From Candidatus Latescibacterota bacterium (GTDB lineage Bacteria > Latescibacterota > UBA2968 > UBA8231): 64,000 nucleotides of DNA. The notes under the pieces were generated by a model. That model was not told the origin of the DNA and made no database searches. It saw nothing but the letters and a program-made list of their open reading frames with translations. This document shows, piece by piece, positions 57,197-64,000 of the stretch. The first letter of the stretch is position 1. Each line of letters opens with the position of its first letter. The stretch covers positions 1,536,001 through 1,600,000 of the forward strand of contig OZ242005.1 of the NCBI GenBank assembly GCA_965204725.1, read 5' to 3'. A program made the translations under genes and the position numbers.

Positions 57197-57289
57197 AGCA
57201 CTTCGTTTTCTCGAGTAGAGTGGGCAAGGCACACCGAGCTTTGCCCCTCTTTTATCTATCGCGATAGCGCTGGCAAAGGAAAGCGCACA

Positions 57290-57910
57290 ATGGAAGATGC
57301 GACGAAAGGGCCGCTTAGCGAGCGAGATGCCCCAAGCTGGCTCCGGGGCCAAAACAAGGCCAAGGCCGCCGAAATAGCCGGCCACTTCGCCCAGATCATG
57401 CAGGTTTTGGGGCTCGATTTAAGCGACCCGCACTTGCGGGGTACGCCGGACCGCGTCGGGCGGATGTACATGGAGATATTTCGCGAGTTGGGCGATCAGG
57501 GCGAACCGGCGATTACCTGCTTTCCCAATAGCGATAGCTACGGCAACATGGTGCTCGTCAAGGACATCGAGTTTTTTTCGGTTTGTTCCCACCATCTGAT
57601 CCCGTTCTTCGGCAAGGCGCACGTCGCCTACATCCCTGGGGACGCGATCGTCGGCTTGAGTAAGATCGTGCGCATCGTCGAATTCTACGCCCGTCGGCCC
57701 CAACTGCAAGAGCGTCTCACCAAGCAAATTGTGGACTTCCTCGAAGCCAAGTTGGCCCCCAAAGGATCCATCGTCGTCTTGGAAGCCCGGCATCTGTGCA
57801 TGGAGATGCGGGGGGTGGAAAGGCCCGGAGCGGTGACGACCACTTCGGCGCTTAGGGGCCGTTTTACCGAGCCGGTAGTGCGCGAGGAATTTTTTAATTT
57901 AATCAAATAA
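57290..57910 (+). CDS. folE: GTP cyclohydrolase I
   Basis: TP.RV, CSHHLIPFFG, GLSK, RRPQLQERLT, H.CM.MRG. Confidence 0.95.
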   Translation: MEDATKGPLSERDAPSWLRGQNKAKAAEIAGHFAQIMQVLGLDLSDPHLRGTPDRVGRMYMEIFRELGDQGEPAITCFPNSDSYGNMVLVKDIEFFSVCSHHLIPFFGKAHVAYIPGDAIVGLSKIVRIVEFYARRPQLQERLTKQIVDFLEAKLAPKGSIVVLEARHLCMEMRGVERPGAVTTTSALRGRFTEPVVREEFFNLIK

Positions 57911-57936
57911 ATAAAATTGAAGCAGCACGGGAGAAC

Positions 57937-59292
57937 ATGTCTGAGATCCAAGAGCAGGTGCTGACGGCACCTGCCAGCGCGATACCCGATACCTCGCACC
58001 GGGACCTGCGCGACGACGAGTATTGGCGCGCCATTCCCGCCTATGCCGATTTGCGTGCAGATGAGTTCCACGAGCACCGCTTTCAGAGCCGCAATAGCGT
58101 GACGAGCCTGAAGAAGCTGCGGGAGGTTATCGGCGGCCTCGTTTCAGAGGCGTTTTATCGAGATGTCGAGCAAGGGCTTTTGCGCTCGCCGATGAGCCTG
58201 CGGATTTCCCCGTACCTACTGAGCTTAATCGACTGGTCGGACCCAGCCGAAGATCCGCTGCGCATTCAGTTTTTGCCCATGGGGTCGCGGATGCGGCCCG
58301 ATCACCCAGAACTCGCCCTAGATTCGCTGCACGAGCAAGTGGATTCCCCCGTGCCGGGCTTGACGCATCGCTACGCCGACCGGGCCCTGTTTCTGGCGCT
58401 CGACACCTGTCCGGTGTACTGTCGCTTCTGCACGCGATCCTATGCGGTGGGGTTGGATACCGAGGATGTGGAGAAAGTGCATTTTGGGGCCGTCGTCCAG
58501 CGGTGGGAGCAGGTCTTTGCCTACATCGCCTCGCGGCCCGAGTTGGAAGACATCGTCATCAGCGGCGGCGACGTGGCCAACCTCAAGGCGGAACACCTCG
58601 AATACATCGGCACTCGCTTGCTCGGCATTGAGCACGTGCGGCGGATGCGCTACGCGACAAAAGCACCGGCGATTATGCCGCAGAAACTCATCACCGATCG
58701 CGAGTGGGTTGATGCCCTTGCGCGGGTTGTCGCAGCGGGACGCCAGGTCCACAAGGAAGTCGCGCTGCACACGCATTTCAACCACCCGGACGAAATCACC
58801 GCCATTAGCGGCCGCGCACTCGACGAATTGATGGAGCGCGGGATCTGCGTGCGCAACCAAACCGTCTTACAAAGAGGGGTCAACGACGACGTCGATACCA
58901 TGCAGCAGCTCGTGCGGCGGCTCAGCTATCTCAACGTGCATCCGTATTACACCTTTGTCCACGATATGGTGCGCGGGGTTGAGGAGTTGCGCACGACCTT
59001 GGCCGCGGCGATTGCCCTAGAGAAGGCGGTTCGAGGGCGGACCGCCGGGTTTAATACGCCGGCCTTTGTGCTCGACACCATGGGGGGCGGCGGAAAGCGC
59101 GATGTCCACTCCTACGAACACTACGATCGCCAGACGGGCATCGCCGTATTTACCAGCCCAGCCGTGCGGCCCGGTGAATTCTTCTTTTACTTTGATCCCC
59201 TAGATGCGCTCGACCCGCTAATCGTCCAGCGCTGGAGCGATCCGGCCGAGCGCACAGCCATGCGACAAGCGGCGCTAGAGGCCAGCCTCTAG
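57937..59292 (+). CDS. KamA-family radical SAM aminomutase (lysine 2,3-aminomutase-like)
   Basis: GLTHRY.D, CPVYCRFCTR, SGGD, HFNHP.E, NQTVL.RGVND, PYY and PLP-Lys motif GGGGK. Confidence 0.9.
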   Translation: MSEIQEQVLTAPASAIPDTSHRDLRDDEYWRAIPAYADLRADEFHEHRFQSRNSVTSLKKLREVIGGLVSEAFYRDVEQGLLRSPMSLRISPYLLSLIDWSDPAEDPLRIQFLPMGSRMRPDHPELALDSLHEQVDSPVPGLTHRYADRALFLALDTCPVYCRFCTRSYAVGLDTEDVEKVHFGAVVQRWEQVFAYIASRPELEDIVISGGDVANLKAEHLEYIGTRLLGIEHVRRMRYATKAPAIMPQKLITDREWVDALARVVAAGRQVHKEVALHTHFNHPDEITAISGRALDELMERGICVRNQTVLQRGVNDDVDTMQQLVRRLSYLNVHPYYTFVHDMVRGVEELRTTLAAAIALEKAVRGRTAGFNTPAFVLDTMGGGGKRDVHSYEHYDRQTGIAVFTSPAVRPGEFFFYFDPLDALDPLIVQRWSDPAERTAMRQAALEASL

Positions 59293-59384
59293 CGTAGCGA
59301 GTGGAGGCCGCAAGCGCTGATTTGCCCTATCTATCTATTAGCAGCTAGCAGCAATTAACCGCAAGACGATCAAGGCGTACAGCA

Positions 59385-61019
59385 ATGGAATATCCAGATA
59401 TGATCCAAGCATTAGTGGGCTTGGGCCTGCTCGCTTTGGGCGGCGGTCTGGGTTTTCTGCTGAGTTATCAATTAAAAAAGGGCGTCCTGCCCCAAGTAGA
59501 GCGAGAGGCAGAAGACCGAGTGCGGCAGCAGTTGGCCGAAGAAGGGCGGACGGTGCGGCTGAGCTTGCTCGAGGAGCGAGACGAGTGGTATAAAACCAAA
59601 GCCCGCCAAGAGGCCGAGTTGGAAGATCAGTTGGCCGATCTAAACCGCCGCGATAAGAGCTTGGCCCAGCTCGTGCGCGACCTCAATAGCCAGAAAGAGG
59701 AGCAGACCCGGGCGTGGAACCGCCTCAAAAACCAAGAGCGGCGGATTGGCCAGCGCGAGCAGACCTGCAAAAAAGAAGAAGAGGAATTGGACCAGATGCG
59801 CGCCGAGTACCAACAACGTCTAGAGTTGGCCAGTGGCTTGCCGGCAGACGAGGCGCGCGAACAGATGATGGAGCATCTGGCCAGCGAGGTCCGCGGGCGG
59901 GCCGCGGCCATGATCCGCAGCGAGCGCACCAAGGCCAAGGAAGAGTCGGACCGAGAAGCCAAAAAAATCATTGCCCAAGCCATTCAACGCTGCGCTGTTG
60001 AAGAGACCGTCCACTTGGTCACCTCGACCGTGCCCTTGCCCAACGAGGGAATCAAAAGCCGCATCATTGGCAAGGAAGGGCGCAATGTGCGCGCATTTGA
60101 GACGGCGACCGGCGTCAAAGTTGTGGTCGATGATACGCCGGATGCCGTGTTGCTTTCGTCGTACGATCCAGCGAGACGCGAAGTGGCTAGCCGGGCGATG
60201 CATCAGCTAATCGGCGGTGGCGGCTTCACGCCGACCAAGATCGAGGAAGTGGTAGAGGAATGCCGCAAGGACCTACACAAAGACATGGTCGAGGTCGGCA
60301 AGAGTGCGCTCCGCGAGATTAGGGCCAGCCAATATCACCCCGATCTGCCCTATTACGTGGGCATGCTCAAATATCGCGCTAGTTTTGGTCAAAACCTCCT
60401 ACAACACTGCCTAGAAGTCGCCCATTTGTCCGGGGGAATGGCCGCCGAAGTTGGGTTGGATGTGCCGTTGGCCAAGCGGGCCGGCCTCTTGCACGATATT
60501 GGCAAGACCGTCAGCAAGGAGATGGAAGGAGGCCACGTCGAATTGGGCATTCAGTTGGGCGAGCGATTCGACGAGCACCCAATCGTCAGGGAAGTCATCG
60601 CCGAGCACCACGAGGATGACGAGCGCCTTTCGCCGATCTGCTTCTTGGTTAAGGCGGCCGATACCATATCGTCCATTCGGCCTGGGGGGCGACGCGAAGA
60701 CTTTGAGGGCTATACCCGCCGCATCACGCGCTTAGAAGAAATCGCGACCGCGTTTGCCGGCGTCAAAGACGTGTACGCTATCAACGCCGGCCGCGAAATC
60801 CGCGTCATGGTCTGCGGCGAGCAGATCGGCGATGAAGACGCTGAGATGCTCGCGTTCGACATAGCCAAGCGCGTCAAAACCGAATTGACCTTTGCCGGCC
60901 AAGTCAAGGTCGTGGTCATGCGCCAGACGCAGATCGTGCGCCATACCGAGCGGAGCCGCGGCGACGGGCGCAACGGGGGCCGCCGGGGGAGCGACAACGG
61001 CGCAATTCGCCCCAGTTGA
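59385..61019 (+). CDS. rny: Ribonuclease Y
   Basis: N-terminal TM, coiled coil, KH RIIGKEGRN.R.FE, HD LLHDIGK, YAI.AGRE.RV.V. Confidence 0.95.
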   Translation: MEYPDMIQALVGLGLLALGGGLGFLLSYQLKKGVLPQVEREAEDRVRQQLAEEGRTVRLSLLEERDEWYKTKARQEAELEDQLADLNRRDKSLAQLVRDLNSQKEEQTRAWNRLKNQERRIGQREQTCKKEEEELDQMRAEYQQRLELASGLPADEAREQMMEHLASEVRGRAAAMIRSERTKAKEESDREAKKIIAQAIQRCAVEETVHLVTSTVPLPNEGIKSRIIGKEGRNVRAFETATGVKVVVDDTPDAVLLSSYDPARREVASRAMHQLIGGGGFTPTKIEEVVEECRKDLHKDMVEVGKSALREIRASQYHPDLPYYVGMLKYRASFGQNLLQHCLEVAHLSGGMAAEVGLDVPLAKRAGLLHDIGKTVSKEMEGGHVELGIQLGERFDEHPIVREVIAEHHEDDERLSPICFLVKAADTISSIRPGGRREDFEGYTRRITRLEEIATAFAGVKDVYAINAGREIRVMVCGEQIGDEDAEMLAFDIAKRVKTELTFAGQVKVVVMRQTQIVRHTERSRGDGRNGGRRGSDNGAIRPS

Positions 61020-61020
61020 A

Positions 61021-62190
61021 ATGGCTGATCAGGACAAAAAAATCGTCGTGCTCGGCTGCACCGGGTCCATTGGCGACACGTGTTTTAAGGTCCTCGAAAA
61101 CTTGGGAGACGGGTACGAGATCGTGGGCTTGGGAGGGGGTTCCAAGGTCGAAAAGCTGATCGGCCTCGCCCGCCGCTGGCAGCCGCAAAAAATTTGCGTC
61201 CTAGACGCCCAGGCCAGAAAACAGGTGCAGAGCGCCGTGCCCCGGGCCGAGGTCGTTTGCGGCGCGGAGGGGTTGTGCGAGTTGGCGACCATGCCGGAGG
61301 CCGGTCTAGTGCTCAATGGGCTCGTCGGGGCCGTCGGCCTCGGTCCGACGCTGGCGGCGTTGGCCCAAGGCAAAATTGTGGCCATGGCCAATAAGGAGCC
61401 CTTGGTCATGGCCGGTGGGCTGATTTTGCAGCAGGCCCAGCGCGGTGGGGGGACCGTGCTGCCGTTGGACAGCGAGCCTAATGCCATTTGGCAATGTCTC
61501 AAGGGCGAAAACCGCAACAGCGTGCAGCGGATCATCCTCACGGCCTCTGGGGGGCCGTTCTTTGGGTGGCACCGCGAGCAGATGCGCGGCATCACCCCAG
61601 AGCAGGCCATCGATCATCCCACTTGGAAAATGGGTCCCAAGATCAGCGTGGATTCGGCAACCCTGATGAACAAGGGCTTTGAAGTCATCGAGGCTACTTG
61701 GCTGTTTGGCGTAGCGGTCGACCAAGTAGAGGTGGTCGTCCACCGCCAGTCGGTCGTGCATGCGCTGGTTGAGTTTGCCGATGGCTCGCTGTTGGCTCAC
61801 CTCGGCAAGACCGATATGATGCTGCCGATTCAATACGCGCTGACCCACCCGCAGCGGCGGCGGGTGCCGCTCGACAACCTCGACCTAGAGCAAGTGGGCC
61901 AACTAAATTTCGCCGCTCCAGACCGAGTGAATTTTCCCGGGCTGGAGCTGTGCTACGAAGCGGGCCGGCGCGGTGGGACCACGCCAGCCGCCCTCAACGC
62001 GGCCAACGAGGAGGCGGTGGGAGCTTTTTTAGCGCGGCACATCGGGTTTCTCGACATCGCCGACCTGAACCGCGACGTGCTCGTACGCTGCGGCGCAGAG
62101 GAGGCGGTTTCCCTCGAATCCATCCTAGATGCCGACCGCTATGCACGGCGGCTGGCTCGCGAGTGGGTCGCTGGGCGGAGTGATATATGA
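61021..62190 (+). CDS. dxr: 1-deoxy-D-xylulose-5-phosphate reductoisomerase
   Basis: LGCTGSIG, ANKE, P.DSE, LTASGGPF, HP.W.MG.KISVDSATLMNKG.E.IEA, NAANE. Confidence 0.96.
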   Translation: MADQDKKIVVLGCTGSIGDTCFKVLENLGDGYEIVGLGGGSKVEKLIGLARRWQPQKICVLDAQARKQVQSAVPRAEVVCGAEGLCELATMPEAGLVLNGLVGAVGLGPTLAALAQGKIVAMANKEPLVMAGGLILQQAQRGGGTVLPLDSEPNAIWQCLKGENRNSVQRIILTASGGPFFGWHREQMRGITPEQAIDHPTWKMGPKISVDSATLMNKGFEVIEATWLFGVAVDQVEVVVHRQSVVHALVEFADGSLLAHLGKTDMMLPIQYALTHPQRRRVPLDNLDLEQVGQLNFAAPDRVNFPGLELCYEAGRRGGTTPAALNAANEEAVGAFLARHIGFLDIADLNRDVLVRCGAEEAVSLESILDADRYARRLAREWVAGRSDI

Positions 62191-62453
62191 AGGAAGACAC
62201 CTACGCAGCACGGCAAAAAAAACTGGCCCTATGCCAGACGATGAGCCGCATCCACGTCGGGGTCATGCTCGCGGCTTTCGCGCTCATCGTCCTCCTTACC
62301 ACCGTCTCGACCGCAGAGTGGGTGCGGGCGACCGGCAAGGGGCTCTACTACGTCATCGTCTCGCAGGCCCTCGCGTCGGCCGGGACTTGGTTCTACCGCA
62401 CTCGCTTGGAGAAAGCACGAGTCGAGGAAGCTAGCGCGCATGGAGACCATTAA
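62187..62453 (+). CDS. Small 2-TM hypothetical protein
   Basis: 88-aa ORF translationally coupled to dxr and the next gene. Confidence 0.65.
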   Translation: MKEDTYAARQKKLALCQTMSRIHVGVMLAAFALIVLLTTVSTAEWVRATGKGLYYVIVSQALASAGTWFYRTRLEKARVEEASAHGDH

Positions 62454-62880
62454 GGCCCAAGGCAAATTCCACGCCGCTCATCGGCAGCTAGACTACGACG
62501 GCAAATGCGCCTATGTCCACGGACATACTTGGCGCGGCGTGTTCGTCGTCCGCGCCGAGCGCTTTCCGCGGCTCGCAAAATTGGACATGGCCGTTGACTT
62601 CGGCGCGCTCAAGGACATCTTCAAATCCTTGGATCACAAGATGCTAGTTGCCGCTCGGGACGCGACCTTTCTCGACGCCGAGCTCTTTGACCCGCAGGGG
62701 GTCGTGGTCATGCCGGGCGAAAACCCGAGTGTGGAAAACGTGGCTGAGTACTGCCTCGACCAAGCGGTTGAGGTATTGCAGGGGCTGTTTCCGCGCCGGG
62801 GCTATCAGTACCACATCGAGGTTTCCATCCAAGAGACCGACAACAATTTCTTTGTTGCCGAGCGCTTTCTGCGTTGCTGA
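62440..62880 (+). CDS. 6-pyruvoyl-tetrahydropterin synthase / QueD-like protein
   Basis: F.AAHR...Y.GKC..VHGH, DFG.LK, LDH, NPS.EN.A, ET. Confidence 0.85.
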   Translation: METIKAQGKFHAAHRQLDYDGKCAYVHGHTWRGVFVVRAERFPRLAKLDMAVDFGALKDIFKSLDHKMLVAARDATFLDAELFDPQGVVVMPGENPSVENVAEYCLDQAVEVLQGLFPRRGYQYHIEVSIQETDNNFFVAERFLRC

Positions 62881-62912
62881 GCGCTTTTCTCTCTTCCCAA
62901 CCGGATGGGAAA

Positions 62913-64000
62913 ATGGCCAATAAAAAAGTGAAAAACGTGGTGGTGCTCGGTGCCGGGGTCATGGGCGGGCAAATCGCGGCGCTACTCGCCGGCGCGGGCC
63001 ATCGGGTGCGTCTGCTCGACTTGCCGCTGGCTGGCGATGATGCGGGCCGCGCCCGTCAGGGGCTGGATAGGACCCGTGCGCTCCGCCCTCCCGCTTTCTA
63101 TCTAGCGGAGATGGCCCGGCGCGTCGAGTTGGGGAGCATGGAGGATCTAGCGTGCGTTGGGGAGGCCGATTGGGTTATTGAAGCCGTACTAGAAGAGATC
63201 GCGCCCAAGCGGGCCTTGCTGGCCCGGCTAGAGCCGTACCTGCACGACGGATTGGTCATCAGCAGCAATACCTCGGGGCTATCTATTGCCGAGTTGGCCC
63301 GCGGCCGATCGCCAGAATTTTGCCGACGCTTTCTCGGGGTGCATTTCTTTAATCCACCGCGCTACATGAAGTTGGTCGAAGTCATACCCGGGCCTACCAC
63401 GGAGGCGTCCATCGTCCAGCAGGTGGTGGATTTCCTCACGGCGGAGTTGGGCAAGGGAGTGGTCTGCGGCCGCGACACCCCCAACTTCATCGGCAATCGC
63501 CTGTGGATTTTTGCCGTCTGCGACATGCTGCAAAGGATGGAGCGGGACGGGCTAGGCGTGGCCGAGGTCGATGCGCTGACCGGACCGCTGATGGGACGGC
63601 CCCCCAGCGCGACTTTGCGCGTTTGCGACCTCGTGGGGCTGGACACGGTCGCCCACGTGGCCGAGACCAGCTATGAAGGAGTCTCGACCGATCCGTGGCG
63701 GTCGCTTTTTGTTCTGCCAGTATTTTATCGACGAATGTTGGAGGAGAACTTGCTCGGGGCCAAGGTCAATGCCGGGTTTTACCGCAAAGGCGAGGCGGGC
63801 ATTGAGGTCCTCGACTTGGATACCTTCGCGTACCAACCCCTGCAAAAGGTAGAGCCCTTGGAAGCGGCGTTGCGCGAGCGTTCCTCAGCGCGCCGCCTCC
63901 GCGCCTTGTGGAACGATTCGGGCCGGTGGGGAACGCTCGGGCGGGCGCATCTGCTGGCCGTGCTGGCCTACGCCGCTGAGCATGCCGGCGCGATAGCCGG
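62913..64000 (+). CDS. 3-hydroxyacyl-CoA dehydrogenase (FadN/FadB-like), runs off the window end
   Basis: Hand translation MANKKVKNVVVLGAGVMGGQIAA...IEAVLE...SSNTSG...HFFNPPRYMKLVE...DTPNFIGNR...DLVGLDT. Confidence 0.92.
   Translation, partial: MANKKVKNVVVLGAGVMGGQIAALLAGAGHRVRLLDLPLAGDDAGRARQGLDRTRALRPPAFYLAEMARRVELGSMEDLACVGEADWVIEAVLEEIAPKRALLARLEPYLHDGLVISSNTSGLSIAELARGRSPEFCRRFLGVHFFNPPRYMKLVEVIPGPTTEASIVQQVVDFLTAELGKGVVCGRDTPNFIGNRLWIFAVCDMLQRMERDGLGVAEVDALTGPLMGRPPSATLRVCDLVGLDTVAHVAETSYEGVSTDPWRSLFVLPVFYRRMLEENLLGAKVNAGFYRKGEAGIEVLDLDTFAYQPLQKVEPLEAALRERSSARRLRALWNDSGRWGTLGRAHLLAVLAYAAEHAGAIA

Overview
64 kb of a high-GC bacterial chromosome. The many FlgD/T9SS-like C-terminal tails, CRTAC1/FG-GAP and TPR proteins suggest an FCB-superphylum organism such as Latescibacterota; this is inference only. 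Layout: (1) 1-13.8 kb, a secreted-protein block with two tandem discoidin/FlgD paralogues, a His-motif membrane protein fused to TPRs, a CRTAC1/ASPIC lipoprotein and two near-identical PQQ-type sugar dehydrogenases, one with a diheme cytochrome c insert. (2) 13.8-21.7 kb, a lower-GC minus-strand defence/accessory islet: ABC/AAA ATPase, SLATT-like 2TM protein, Pro-rich/PGDYG-like protein, type IIG-like R-M enzyme, trypsin-like protease, deletion scars and a duplicated unknown gene, with REP/MITE-like elements at its junctions. (3) 21.7-50.4 kb, mostly housekeeping and metabolism: miaB, mtaB, uvrD/pcrA, mltG, ABC-2 exporter, tRNA-Thr(CGT), orphan ftsA, ssb, eno, wzi-GT2-rSAM-GT2-nth and an amino-compound catabolic cluster. 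(4) 50.4-55.1 kb, a sigma54-driven pspA operon that carries its own TPR histidine kinase and a receiver-domain PspF lacking the PspA-binding Trp. (5) 55.2-64 kb, iscU-like, sodA, Prx, folE, kamA, rny, dxr, queD-like and a truncated 3-hydroxyacyl-CoA dehydrogenase. The two strongest novelty candidates are the two-component-rewired Psp system and the ATPase-SLATT-PGDYG defence module. All family calls come from motif recognition by eye; no database search was run.
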